Shown: positions 18,002 through 27,656 of the stretch, piece by piece
How positions within the stretch are numbered: position 1 is the first letter of the stretch
How the letters are laid out: every line of letters starts with the position of its first letter
Assembly: GCA_017461235.1 (NCBI GenBank)
Contig: JAFTYU010000009.1
Span: 8,177 to 72,176 of the forward strand
Length of the DNA: 64,000 nucleotides
From: Clostridia bacterium
Lineage (GTDB): Bacteria; Bacillota; Clostridia; Oscillospirales; Acutalibacteraceae
Direction: 5' to 3'
The notes under the pieces: model-generated
Told to the model about the DNA's origin: nothing
The model's database searches: none
What the model saw: the letters and a program-made list of their open reading frames with translations, nothing else
Position numbers and translations under genes: made by a program

Positions 18002-19888
18002 ATGAAAAAAATCAAAGGTTCTTCAGGTGCAGTCAGAATGATACATCTGGTTGTACTCTTTTGTGTAACGTTGGTTGCGGGATTGGGCTTAAGAACATAT
18101 CAGTTGCTCGATCTGGTCAATCCCGAAAACGGCTTTTATGAAAATCCTAACTTTACCGTGCCGGTTCTTTATGCGGTTCTGGCATTTGGTACGGTTTTGT
18201 TTTTGATTTTAAGTTTTGTCAGCAGAAATGTGCCTTCACCCTCATTGCCTGAAGGCAGAAATGTTTTTCTCGGAATAAGCTCTCTTCTTGCGGCGGCAGG
18301 TTTTGTGTGGGATATTGCAGTTATTCAACGTGATATTCTCCCTGACAGCGGCATTGCACAGGGTGTTTATGACAACCTGTTGTTGACTTATATAAAAGGC
18401 AGTGGCGGAATTTTCCTTATACTTGAGTTGATTTTTGCCGTTTTATCTGCTTTTTATTTCGTTATTTTCGCAGTAAGTCATTTTGAAGGCAAGGCAACGT
18501 ATAAAAAATTCGGTTTGCTTGCTCTTTCGCCTGCTTGCTGGACAATGTTTGTGCTTATTTCGAAGCTGATGAAAGCGGTAAGCTTCATAACTATGTCGGA
18601 ACTGCTGTTTGAAATTGCTATGCTTGTGTTTACAATGCTTTTCTTCTTTGTTTTTGCAAGAATAGTTTCAGGTGTTTATACGGTCAACAGTATGTGGGCA
18701 ACATACGGATGCGGTTTTGCCGCCGCTGTTTTTGCGGCACTCATATCTGTTCCGAGAGCAATAATGCTTGTTGTCGGACTCGAAAACGTTGAAGGCAGCG
18801 AATTCAGCTTTACACATCTTTTCATATTCGTTTTCATTACTCTTTATGTCCTTGCAACTCTCGGTGTGGGCTTCAGAAACGGGATGAAAAAAATCCGCTC
18901 CGTTTCAAACGTTGTGCTCCCTGATGATGCGGATGTTGTTGTAAAGGGTAGCGACATTGCTGAAATTTCTGTTGTTGAAGAGATTTACGATGACCGCGAA
19001 GAAAAAGAGGTTGTTTCAGATAACAAGTTTAAAATTGATACTGATTTTAAAACCGATGATGAAGGAGAAAGCTTCTTCGATAATGCGGAAAAAAGCGATG
19101 AAATAACTGTTGAAGAAGTTGAAAACAGTACTGTTGCAGAGGCAGTTGAAGAATATGTTGAAAATATTGAAGAAAAAGCTAGCGAAAGCGGCAATGAAGA
19201 TAGTGCGCAGAGTGTTTTTGCTTGCGATGTTGAAGAGAATCCGCAGGAAACTGATGAAGAAGCCATTGAAGAAATCGAAGAAGCTTTTGTTGAAACAAAC
19301 GGAGAAATGCCTTCAGAAGAAAGTAGCGAAGAAGGTAAAGAAATCGTCACGGAAAACACGATAACCGATGATGACGGATTTGAATTGACAGAGATTTTTG
19401 CAGAACCGACAGCTGACTCGGTAGGTATTGAAACAACGGAAGATAATATTGATGACGAAGCTTTGATTACGGAAGAATCGGAAGCTGTTGAAACATTTGA
19501 AGAAATCCGGGAGACTGACGGAATTGTTGAACCCGTAGAAATCGAAGAAGTTGTCACAATCGAAGAAGTTGAAGAAATCAATGAACCTGAAATAATTGAA
19601 GAAAAGGAAGCTTCTTCCGTGTCTTCAGGCGAAGACTTTGTAGAGTTTTCTCAAATGCTTATAGATGATTTTGAAGAAGACGAAGAAATCGTTGAAAAAG
19701 TTAAAGATGATAAGGTTGAAGCACCCGAAATTAAAGAACAGCCTGCTGTGCAGGAGATTGAAGTAAAGAAAGAAAAAGCGAAAAAACAAAAAAAGACTTT
19801 CGGGAAAAATAAAAAGAAATCATCTGAAGAAGAGCCCTTGAAGATTGTTTCGCTGGCTGAACTCAGAGAGAATAAGGATTCCGAATAA
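18002..19888 (+). CDS. polytopic membrane protein with a ~320-aa hyper-acidic (E/D-rich) C-terminal tail and a Lys-rich end
   Basis: About 8 TM segments in the first 300 aa, then a low-complexity E/D/V/I tail ending KKEKAKKQKKTFGKNKKK. No recognisable catalytic motif. Confidence 0.6.
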   Translation: MKKIKGSSGAVRMIHLVVLFCVTLVAGLGLRTYQLLDLVNPENGFYENPNFTVPVLYAVLAFGTVLFLILSFVSRNVPSPSLPEGRNVFLGISSLLAAAGFVWDIAVIQRDILPDSGIAQGVYDNLLLTYIKGSGGIFLILELIFAVLSAFYFVIFAVSHFEGKATYKKFGLLALSPACWTMFVLISKLMKAVSFITMSELLFEIAMLVFTMLFFFVFARIVSGVYTVNSMWATYGCGFAAAVFAALISVPRAIMLVVGLENVEGSEFSFTHLFIFVFITLYVLATLGVGFRNGMKKIRSVSNVVLPDDADVVVKGSDIAEISVVEEIYDDREEKEVVSDNKFKIDTDFKTDDEGESFFDNAEKSDEITVEEVENSTVAEAVEEYVENIEEKASESGNEDSAQSVFACDVEENPQETDEEAIEEIEEAFVETNGEMPSEESSEEGKEIVTENTITDDDGFELTEIFAEPTADSVGIETTEDNIDDEALITEESEAVETFEEIRETDGIVEPVEIEEVVTIEEVEEINEPEIIEEKEASSVSSGEDFVEFSQMLIDDFEEDEEIVEKVKDDKVEAPEIKEQPAVQEIEVKKEKAKKQKKTFGKNKKKSSEEEPLKIVSLAELRENKDSE

Positions 19889-19909
19889 ACATTTACGGTG
19901 AGGTAAATA

Positions 19910-20839
19910 ATGTTTCTTAACAATATGGCTACAGCCGCTCAACAGGTACTTGTGTTGTATCTTATTGTGGCGGTAGGTTTTGCGGCGGATAAACTGAAGG
20001 TTTTTAAACAAACTACCGCAAAGCTGTCAAATGATTTGTTGTTTTATATAATTACGCCCTGCGTTATAGTTCAGTCCTTTATGAATATGGAGTTTGATGT
20101 CAGTACGGTAAAGGCGTTGGGTATAGCGTTTTTGTGTATGGCAGGCACTCTCACAATGGGAATACTTATTTCTATTCCGTTTTTCAACAAATCCGGTGAC
20201 AACAAAGCGATTTTTAAATACGCCGTTAATTACGGTAATATGGGCTATATGGCTCTGCCGTTATGTCAGGCAATGTTGGGTGATGAGGGTGTTTTTTATT
20301 GCTCGGCAGGTGTAGTGGCATTCAATATTTTTTCTTTTACTCACGGTATTTGGGTGATGACAAAGAGCAAAGGCAACGCGTCCTTTGACTTTAAAAAATT
20401 GTTGTTTAATCCCGGAGTGATATCGGTACTCATTGGTATGCCGCTGTTTATTTTCGACATTAATCTGCCACAGGCTTTTCAGACAGCGGTAGGTCACGTG
20501 TCAAATCTTAACACACCCCTTGCAATGCTCTTTTTCGGAACGTATATAGCAAACACGGATTTGAAAAAAATGTTCACTCTCAAGGAGAATTATCTTGTCG
20601 CGGTTTTAAAGCTTCTGGTTTTACCCGCAATAATGCTCGGTATTTATAAACTTTTCGGTATTTCGGGAACTTTACTTTCGGCGTGCATAATTTCCGCATC
20701 CGTACCCAGTGCAAACAATACCGTAATGTTCTCTGCAAAATACGGCAAAGATACCGGCGTTGCATCCCAGGTGGTTGCGTTTAATTCCGCTTTGTCGGTT
20801 GTGAGCATACCGTTTATGGTTGCGGTAAGTAATTTGTGA
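19910..20839 (+). CDS. AEC (auxin efflux carrier) family transporter
   Basis: 309 aa with about 10 TM segments and an AEC-like N-terminus (VLVLYLIVAVGF...). Confidence 0.7.
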   Translation: MFLNNMATAAQQVLVLYLIVAVGFAADKLKVFKQTTAKLSNDLLFYIITPCVIVQSFMNMEFDVSTVKALGIAFLCMAGTLTMGILISIPFFNKSGDNKAIFKYAVNYGNMGYMALPLCQAMLGDEGVFYCSAGVVAFNIFSFTHGIWVMTKSKGNASFDFKKLLFNPGVISVLIGMPLFIFDINLPQAFQTAVGHVSNLNTPLAMLFFGTYIANTDLKKMFTLKENYLVAVLKLLVLPAIMLGIYKLFGISGTLLSACIISASVPSANNTVMFSAKYGKDTGVASQVVAFNSALSVVSIPFMVAVSNL

Positions 20840-21621
20840 TAGATATGAAATTACCTTTTGATGATATATTGCCTTGCGGAATATGTGAGTTTGACAAAAT
20901 CGGCAATCTTTTTGATTGCAGGGCTAAAGAGCGTGTTCCCCAAGGTGCAAAGAGTGTTATAGTTTATCTTTTTCCCTATCGGTTAGATGATGAATATTAC
21001 AAAAAAACAAACATTTCAAAGTATGCAGTGCCTGATGACTACCACATTGTGGCAGGGGAATACCTGAAAAAAATCACAAGTGCTTTAAGGGAAGAATATC
21101 CGTCGTATTCGTTTGAATATTTCTGCGACAATTCACCTATAAATGAAGTGAAAGCCGCGGTTTTAAGCGGTCTGGGTGTCAGGGGTAAAAACGGACTTTT
21201 AATAAACCCCGTTTACGGTAGTTTTTGCTTTATTGGCGAGATTGTCACCGACAGAGTTTTTGAGTATTCAAAGGAAAGTACAGGGTCCTGCCGTAATTGT
21301 GATGCGTGTGTAAGGCTTTGCCCGAGCGGAGCTTTGTCAGGACAGGGTGTTAAAAAAGAAAGCTGTTTATCCGATATAAATCAACGCAAAGGTGAGTTGA
21401 CTCCCGAAAACGTTGAATTAATCAAAAACAGCGGTTGTGTCTGGGGTTGCGATGTCTGTCAGGATGTCTGCCCTATGAACAGGAATATCGCCGTAACACC
21501 CATAAAAGAATTTATCGAAACTGCCGTTTCATATTTTGAGACGGGTGACAATATCGATAACAGAGCCTACGCTTGGCGCGGAAGAAAAGTTATCGAAAGG
21601 AATTGCAGTTATTTTAAATGA
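20836..21621 (+). CDS. queG: epoxyqueuosine reductase-like 4Fe-4S protein (short QueG type)
   Basis: Two Cys clusters (CRNCDACVRLCP and CDVCQDVCP) and GLGVRGKNGLLINPVYGSF. The GTG start at 20836 overlaps the upstream stop. An alternative ATG lies at 20845. Confidence 0.65.
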   Translation: MIDMKLPFDDILPCGICEFDKIGNLFDCRAKERVPQGAKSVIVYLFPYRLDDEYYKKTNISKYAVPDDYHIVAGEYLKKITSALREEYPSYSFEYFCDNSPINEVKAAVLSGLGVRGKNGLLINPVYGSFCFIGEIVTDRVFEYSKESTGSCRNCDACVRLCPSGALSGQGVKKESCLSDINQRKGELTPENVELIKNSGCVWGCDVCQDVCPMNRNIAVTPIKEFIETAVSYFETGDNIDNRAYAWRGRKVIERNCSYFK

Positions 21622-21644
21622 ATCTTCCATAAGGAGCGATATTT

Positions 21645-21971
21645 ATGAAGCTTATAATCGGAATCGTTAACAATGATGATGCAAATCATTTGTTGAATGA
21701 GATAACACGTGCGTCATTTCAGGCAACCAAGCTTTCGACATCCGGCGGTTTTCTTAAAACAGGAAATGCCACCGTGCTGGTTGGTGTTGAAGATGAAAAA
21801 ACAGATGACGTTATAAACATTTTTAAAAATTGTTGCTCAAGAAGAACACAGATGGTATCCACAGCACCGCCCTTCCTTGGAGAAGGCTTTATAAATGCCG
21901 TGCCTGTGGAGGTTACAATCGGCGGTGCAACGCTTTTTGTTGTGGATGTTGAACAGTTTATGAAAATATGA
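21645..21971 (+). CDS. darA: cyclic-di-AMP receptor, PII-like (DarA/YaaQ)
   Basis: MKLIIGIV...ATKLSTSGGFLKTGNATVLVG, with the conserved position upstream of holB and ricT. Confidence 0.8.
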   Translation: MKLIIGIVNNDDANHLLNEITRASFQATKLSTSGGFLKTGNATVLVGVEDEKTDDVINIFKNCCSRRTQMVSTAPPFLGEGFINAVPVEVTIGGATLFVVDVEQFMKI

Positions 21972-22822
21972 TGAAAGAAAAACATTTTTCAGATGAGATT
22001 TTAAATGTGCTTAACAGCTTTTTTGCCGACGGAAGAAGTCCGCACGCTGTTCTGATTGACGGCGGCTCGCAGGATGAAAGACAAAGTCTTGCAAAACTGA
22101 CGGCAAAAATGATTGTCTGCGCAAATCAGGATATGACGCCTTGCGGTATGTGCGAAAACTGCCGTAAAGCCGATGAAGATATTCATCCCGATATTATTAC
22201 GGTGACAAAACCTGACGATAAAAAGTTTTTTGTTAAAAGTGATGTAAAAAAAGTTGTGGCAGATGCATATCTGACGCCGAATGATTCGCTTAAAAAGGTT
22301 TACGTTCTTTCGGAAATTCAACAAATGAATGAAGAAAGTCAGAATCTTTTGTTAAAAATACTTGAAGAACCGCCTGTATATACCGCTTTCGTTCTCACTT
22401 CACAGAATGCAAACTCGGTTATAGGTACGGTTTTGTCCCGCGTGGTGCGTGTAAGGCTCGGTAATTCGTCAGCCATTGAGTACAGTCAGAAAGCGATAAA
22501 CATTGTCGCTGAACTGTCCGCCGCAGTTTTATCACCTTATGAATTTGATAAGATTCAGGCAACGGCACCACTTGACGGCAACAAAAAATTAACCGCAGAA
22601 GTTCTTGAGCTTTTTATATCCGTTTTACGTGATGCGATAGCGCTTAAATCCGGCGGTAAAATTTTGTGTGACGATTTCAAAGCTCATAGCACGGAGCTTT
22701 CGGAAAAACTTACGGTTAAAAAATTACTTGATATGTACGATGCGGTATGCCTTTTGTATCGCTCGTTAGATAACAACCCAAACTATACACTGCTTTCGGC
22801 AGTCCTTTGTGCAAGAATTTAA
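21968..22822 (+). CDS. holB: DNA polymerase III delta-prime subunit
   Basis: HAVLIDGG, Zn module CGMCENCRK, HPDIITV, and darA-holB-ricT synteny. Confidence 0.8.
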   Translation: MMKEKHFSDEILNVLNSFFADGRSPHAVLIDGGSQDERQSLAKLTAKMIVCANQDMTPCGMCENCRKADEDIHPDIITVTKPDDKKFFVKSDVKKVVADAYLTPNDSLKKVYVLSEIQQMNEESQNLLLKILEEPPVYTAFVLTSQNANSVIGTVLSRVVRVRLGNSSAIEYSQKAINIVAELSAAVLSPYEFDKIQATAPLDGNKKLTAEVLELFISVLRDAIALKSGGKILCDDFKAHSTELSEKLTVKKLLDMYDAVCLLYRSLDNNPNYTLLSAVLCARI

Positions 22823-22839
22823 AGTTACGGAGATTATTT

Positions 22840-23694
22840 ATGGCAGAAGTTGTAGGTATTCGTTTTAAAGAAAACGGAAAAATATATTATTTTGACCCTG
22901 ATGCAAAAGCATTTTCAAAAGGGCAGAAGGTTATAGTTGAAACAGTTCGCGGCATAGAATGTGGTGAAATTGCATCTGCAAACCATACCATTGCCGAAGA
23001 AGAAATCCGCCATCCCCTGAAAAAGATAATCAGAGCGGCAAATGCGGAAGATATAAAAATTGTTGAATCAAACCGTAAAAAAGAAGGCGAAGCATTCGCG
23101 TTTTGCGAAAAAAAGGTTCAACAGTTAGGTCTTGTTATGAAGCTCGTTGAAGTGGAATGCACGTTCGACGGCAGTAAAATGTTATTTTATTTCACTTCTG
23201 ATGACCGCGTGGATTTCAGAGAATTGGTTAAAATCCTTGCATCCCAGTACAGAACACGTATTGAAATGCGTCAGATTGGTGTCAGGGATGTATCCAAAAT
23301 GATAGGAGGTCTCGGTATTTGCGGCAGACCCTTCTGTTGCTCGCAGTTCCTGGACGATTTCCACCCCGTATCCATAAAAATGGCTAAAGAACAGGGTCTT
23401 TCACTCAATCCGAGCAAAATAAGCGGTACCTGCGGCAGACTTCTTTGTTGCCTTAAATATGAGCAGGATTCCTACGAGTATCTTGCAAAAATTACTCCCA
23501 GAGTAGGTTCTTTGGTGGAAACAAGAGAGGGCAGGGGCACCGTTACCGAAAGTAATTTGCTCACGGGTAAATTGAAGGTATCCCTTGAAAGAAGACCCGA
23601 GGCTATTCCCACGGAGTTTTCAAGAAAAGAAGTGAAGCTGCTCAAACGTCAGAGAAATCAGGATGAAAATGCTGAAGAGATAAGTGAAGAATAA
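22840..23694 (+). CDS. ricT: PSP1-domain protein RicT/YaaT (stage 0 sporulation / RNase Y regulator complex)
   Basis: MAEVVGIRF...YYF and the Cys-rich CGRPFCCSQFL...CGRLLCCLKYE. Start at the ATG after GGAG. Confidence 0.85.
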   Translation: MAEVVGIRFKENGKIYYFDPDAKAFSKGQKVIVETVRGIECGEIASANHTIAEEEIRHPLKKIIRAANAEDIKIVESNRKKEGEAFAFCEKKVQQLGLVMKLVEVECTFDGSKMLFYFTSDDRVDFRELVKILASQYRTRIEMRQIGVRDVSKMIGGLGICGRPFCCSQFLDDFHPVSIKMAKEQGLSLNPSKISGTCGRLLCCLKYEQDSYEYLAKITPRVGSLVETREGRGTVTESNLLTGKLKVSLERRPEAIPTEFSRKEVKLLKRQRNQDENAEEISEE

Positions 23695-23745
23695 TGTAAG
23701 GGGACATATTATCCTAAAATATCCCTTAAAAATTATATTTTTCTA

Positions 23746-23773
23746 TTGATTTCTGCAAAAATTGTGCTACAAT
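23746..23773 (+). promoter_or_regulatory. promoter candidate for the ferredoxin gene
   Basis: TTGATT (23746-23751), a 16-nt spacer, then TG-n-TACAAT (-10 at 23768-23773). Confidence 0.5.
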
Positions 23774-23805
23774 TAAGGCATAAAATATACAAGGAGGTAA
23801 GACAA

Positions 23806-23976
23806 ATGGCATACAAAATTACAGACGCTTGCATTTCTTGTGGCGCTTGTGCTGCAGATTGCCCCGTAGAAGCAATCTCAGAAGGCGACGGCATCTATGT
23901 TATCGATGCTGATAAGTGCATTGATTGTGGTGCTTGTGAAGGTAGTTGTCCTGTTGGCGCTCCTGTAGCTGAATAA
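23806..23976 (+). CDS. clostridial-type 2x[4Fe-4S] ferredoxin (56 aa)
   Basis: [20 protein letters not shown]...[12 protein letters not shown], with AAGGAGG upstream. Confidence 0.95.
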   Translation: MAYKITDACISCGACAADCPVEAISEGDGIYVIDADKCIDCGACEGSCPVGAPVAE

Positions 23977-24015
23977 TCTAAAAACTGTGCTTTTGGCGCA
24001 GAATAAACGAGACTG

Positions 24016-24057
24016 ACAGCTCTGACCGATTTGTTTGGTTGGAGCTGTTTTGTTTTT
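24016..24057 (+). terminator. rho-independent terminator, repeat copy 1 (ferredoxin terminator)
   Basis: ACAGCTCTGACC...GGTTGGAGCTGT stem (G-U pairs allowed) followed by TTTTGTTTTT. Confidence 0.8.
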
Positions 24058-24197
24058 CTTTTCACTCAATTCAGTCGTTTTAGCGCCCACTCGGAGTATC
24101 TTTATACACCGTCGGGGCACTAAAACGCCTTCTGCATCCAAAATCACAGTTTTTACAATGTAGAACGGTTGCTTTTGGCGCAGAATAAACGAGACTG

Positions 24198-24239
24198 ACA
24201 GCTCTGACCGATTTGTTTGGTTGGAGCTGTTTTGTTTTT
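24198..24239 (+). terminator. rho-independent terminator, repeat copy 2
   Basis: Same hairpin and T-run, 182 nt downstream. Confidence 0.7.
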
Positions 24240-24379
24240 CTTTTTACTCAATTCAGTCGGTTTAGCGCCCACTCGGAGTATCTTTATACACCGTCGGGGC
24301 ACTGAAACGCCTTCTGCATCCAAAATCACAGTTTTTACAATGGAGAACGGTTGCTTTTGGCACGGAATAAACGAGACTG

Positions 24380-24421
24380 ACAGCTCTGACCGATTTGTTT
24401 GGTTGGAGCTGTTTTGTTTTG
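24380..24421 (+). terminator. rho-independent terminator, repeat copy 3
   Basis: Same hairpin and T-run, 364 nt downstream of copy 1. Confidence 0.7.
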
Positions 24422-24585
24422 TTATTTTTCGACTTTTTTTGCAAGAAAAAAATTGTAAAAAATCCGTAAAAATATAATTAGGGTATTTGTTTTTATATAA
24501 ATGTATGTTATAATAAGTCGATAATGGATTTTTGCCATTAAAATTCAGGCGAAAATTGCAGCTTGTGTTAACGGATGAAATATTT

Positions 24586-25137
24586 ATGAAAAATAAACGT
24601 GTTTTAATAATAAAAGGCTCCGCTCGTAAGGAGGGTTACACCAACCGTCTTTGCGACAGAGTGCAGGAGCTTCTTTCTGATAATCAGATTGTAGTTTTTG
24701 ATACTTTCGATGAAAAGTTTTTACCTTGTAACGGTTGCAATTATTGTGAAAAAAACGGAAGATGCGTTCACCGCGACCTTGATGTTTTTTTTGAGCAATT
24801 TGAAAATGCCGATTTGATTATATTTGCGAGCCCTGTTTATAACGGAACGTTTTCCGCACCGCTCAAAGGTCTTATTGACAGATTTCAGACTTATTACACC
24901 CGTTTTTACGCAAGCGGTAAGGTTCAACCCATAAAAAAACGCCGCAGAGCCATATTTATAGCAGCTGCAGGGCGTGACGGCAAAAAAAGCTTTGATTTTA
25001 TGAAGTGGCAGTTAAGCTGTGCTTTTTCTATACTTAATGTTGAATTTATCCATTCCGTGCTTTGTCCGTTCACGGACACCGAGCCCCGTTATGACGAGGC
25101 ACTTGAAGAACTTAAAAGGAGTTTTACGTATGAATAA
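24586..25137 (+). CDS. flavodoxin-like FMN reductase / iron-sulfur flavoprotein family protein
   Basis: MKNKRVLIIKGSARKEGYT, Cys cluster CNGCNYCEKNGRC, and SPVYNGTFSAPLKGLIDR. Confidence 0.75.
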   Translation: MKNKRVLIIKGSARKEGYTNRLCDRVQELLSDNQIVVFDTFDEKFLPCNGCNYCEKNGRCVHRDLDVFFEQFENADLIIFASPVYNGTFSAPLKGLIDRFQTYYTRFYASGKVQPIKKRRRAIFIAAAGRDGKKSFDFMKWQLSCAFSILNVEFIHSVLCPFTDTEPRYDEALEELKRSFTYE

Positions 25138-26728
25138 ACGTAAATTAAAATTGACGGCTCTTATATCGGCGATTATTATTCTCGCGGTATCTCTTTGTGC
25201 CGGTGCTGCATCACTTGTGGTGCAGGACAGCCTATTCAAATACAACACCCCTACATACATGGCATTGAATTCACAGGCAACGGGTATTATAAAAAACGCT
25301 GATGATTACGAAGCATATATGATTGAGATTCCTGCAAACGGCGCTTTGGTTGTGAGACTCGACCACGAGGATTTTCTTGATAATACAAAGACCGGTTGGC
25401 AAATAACTCTTTACAAAATCATCGAAGGCGAAGAAAAAAACTACAGAGAGATATCTTATTTTGAATCCTTCTGGGACGATGCTACATCAAGTTGGGGCGA
25501 AACAGGCGTAACCCCCGGTACTTATTGCATTGTTGTAAAAGCAGGAACATATTTTGTGGAAACAGAATATACTCTTGTAACGATGTTCACGGAAACGGAT
25601 ACTTATGAAAAAGAGCCCAATGATGTTATAGAAGAAGCCTCTCCCATAGCTGTCAGTTACGGTAAATACGGCTCATCTTCAAGGCGACAGAACAGTACGG
25701 ATATTGACTGGTACATCTTTGAGCTTCTTGATGACAGCACAGTCAACCTTTCGTTCACCCATAACGATAATACACTTCCTACGGTAGGATGGAACGTTAC
25801 TCTTTACAATGCGGATAACCAATTGATTACGCAATTTACGTCGAGACTTAATGAGACACTCATAAAAACGGGAATGATTGGTTTAAAGAGCGGTACATAT
25901 TATCTTAAAGTTGAGGCGCAGACAGAGGTGCCCGATACATACACAATTCTTGTAGGTGCCGATAAAGCCGTTAACAATGAGTTTGAACTCAACGATACAC
26001 CTGAAACTGCCACAAATCTTCCTGCAGAGCTTATGGTCAGCGGTAGTCTTGCGGACAGACTTCTCGGTCTTGATAAGGACTATTACAAGATAAGTGTTCC
26101 TGCTGACGGCTATATTGATTTTGAGTTTACACACGAGCTTCTTGAAGGTAACAGAAAAGGCTGGAATATCCGTTTGCTCAAACCACTTGAAGATGGAACG
26201 TATCACGAAATTGTACGTAAAATTTCTATGTGGAACAGTGAAACATATCTCATAGAAAAAATGGGTCTCCCGGCAGGTGAATATTACTTCTGCATTGACG
26301 GTGACTCCGTTGCTTACAACAGTGCGACCTATACATGCAAGTGGAGCTTTACACAAGCGGAGAATTTTGAGCATGAACCTAATGACTCAATGGAAAGCTG
26401 CGATATAGCCGAGTTCGGCGAATATTATCACGGTGCAATTATTTCAACCGATGCTTTGTATGATGAAGATTACTATAGATTTGAGCTTGAGAAAGATACA
26501 CGTATCTGTCTTGAATTCTATCACGAAGCAGGTAAGGTTAATGAAAACTGTTGGATTGCAAGTATCGTTGACGAAAACGGCGAAGAAGTATGTTCTGTAG
26601 ATTCGTATCTCAACGACCATATTGTAACAACGGGCGTTGTTTTAGTACCGCAGGGTACATACTATGTTAAGATTGAAACAGGTCTTTACGGTTCGGAGAT
26701 TCCATACTATTTCAGACTGGTAAGGTGA
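25130..26728 (+). CDS. secreted protein with four tandem PPC (pre-peptidase C-terminal)-like domains
   Basis: Signal peptide after MNKRKLKL. Repeated units carry EPND/ELND...D(x)DYY/DWY signatures at about 125-aa spacing. The start overlaps the upstream stop by 8 nt. Confidence 0.6.
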   Translation: MNKRKLKLTALISAIIILAVSLCAGAASLVVQDSLFKYNTPTYMALNSQATGIIKNADDYEAYMIEIPANGALVVRLDHEDFLDNTKTGWQITLYKIIEGEEKNYREISYFESFWDDATSSWGETGVTPGTYCIVVKAGTYFVETEYTLVTMFTETDTYEKEPNDVIEEASPIAVSYGKYGSSSRRQNSTDIDWYIFELLDDSTVNLSFTHNDNTLPTVGWNVTLYNADNQLITQFTSRLNETLIKTGMIGLKSGTYYLKVEAQTEVPDTYTILVGADKAVNNEFELNDTPETATNLPAELMVSGSLADRLLGLDKDYYKISVPADGYIDFEFTHELLEGNRKGWNIRLLKPLEDGTYHEIVRKISMWNSETYLIEKMGLPAGEYYFCIDGDSVAYNSATYTCKWSFTQAENFEHEPNDSMESCDIAEFGEYYHGAIISTDALYDEDYYRFELEKDTRICLEFYHEAGKVNENCWIASIVDENGEEVCSVDSYLNDHIVTTGVVLVPQGTYYVKIETGLYGSEIPYYFRLVR

Positions 26729-26735
26729 GTAAGGT

Positions 26736-27656
26736 TTGAAAAAACTGATTGCAGTTTTTCTTGCGGTTGCGTTAATCGTTACCGCAGGGTGTACTGCTTC
26801 TTTTCTCGAAGATAAAAATGACGGTGTTATTGCTGTGTCTTTTTATCCGATATATATTTTCACGGCTAACCTTGTTGACGGTATAGACGGTCTTCGGGTT
26901 ACGTGTATGGCAGAGCAAAGTACGGGTTGTCTGCACGATTACAGCTTAACAGCCCGTGATGCAAAGCTTCTTAACGATGCGGATGTTTTCGTTATAAACG
27001 GTGCAGGGTTGGAGAGCTTTTTAAGCGATATTGCAGAAGCTGCAGAAGAATTAACGGTTATTGATTCCTCTGAAGGCATAGAGCTTATTTGTTCTCATCA
27101 CCACGGCGAAGAAGATGAAGAGAAAGAACATCACTCTCACTCTCATGAAAACAATGCGCATATATGGCTTTCGGTGGAAAATGCAAAAAAACAGGTGCTG
27201 AATATCAGAAACGGTCTTTTGGAAATCTATCCGCAATATGAAAGCCGGATTAATGATAATTACACAGGGTACATTGAGCGACTTGATGCTTTGTCAAAGG
27301 AGCTTGAGAAAGCCTACGAGAACGTGTCAGGTGAAAAAATAATCACTTTCCACGCAGCTTATGAATATATGGCTGTTGAGTCGGGGCTTGAGATAATTGA
27401 ATGTATCGAAAGTGATGAAGGCGGAGAGCCATCCGCGAAGGAACTGGCACATCTTTGTGATGTTATTCCCGAAAATGACGTAAACGCACTTTTTGTTGAG
27501 CCGTATTATACCGGTAGTGCGGCAAATATACTTGCTGAGCAAACGGGTGCAAAAATATATGTTCTCAATCCCGTTACCGAGGGTGAAGATACCCTTACTG
27601 CGTATGAGAGCATAATGAAAGAAAATATACAAACCATTCTGAAGGCGGTGAGTTGA
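26736..27656 (+). CDS. znuA: metal (Zn-type) ABC transporter substrate-binding lipoprotein with a His/acid-rich loop
   Basis: Lipobox LIVTAGC, cluster-9 fold motifs, a loop HHHGEEDEEKEHHSHSHENNAH, and a TTG start. Confidence 0.75.
   Translation: MKKLIAVFLAVALIVTAGCTASFLEDKNDGVIAVSFYPIYIFTANLVDGIDGLRVTCMAEQSTGCLHDYSLTARDAKLLNDADVFVINGAGLESFLSDIAEAAEELTVIDSSEGIELICSHHHGEEDEEKEHHSHSHENNAHIWLSVENAKKQVLNIRNGLLEIYPQYESRINDNYTGYIERLDALSKELEKAYENVSGEKIITFHAAYEYMAVESGLEIIECIESDEGGEPSAKELAHLCDVIPENDVNALFVEPYYTGSAANILAEQTGAKIYVLNPVTEGEDTLTAYESIMKENIQTILKAVS

Larger units (their letters stand above)
23989..24420. repeat. 182-bp tandem repeat, about 2.4 copies (starts at 23989, 24171 and 24353)
   Basis: Direct reading. 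Copies 1 and 2 differ by 4 substitutions by eye, and copy 3 is truncated after the hairpin. Confidence 0.95.

Noticed and set aside
18985-19581. Long antisense and alternative-frame ORFs (18985-19581 minus, 19110-19364 plus, 19651-19923 minus) inside the acidic-tail region
   Set aside because: They are Ser/Lys-rich translations of the GAA/GAT-rich low-complexity coding strand. They have no Shine-Dalgarno and are compositional artefacts.
23878-24477. Track ORFs 23878-24147 (minus), 24217-24477 (plus) and 24262-24444 (minus)
   Set aside because: They lie within the 182-bp tandem repeat, run through terminator hairpins and lack ribosome-binding sites. They are most likely not coding.
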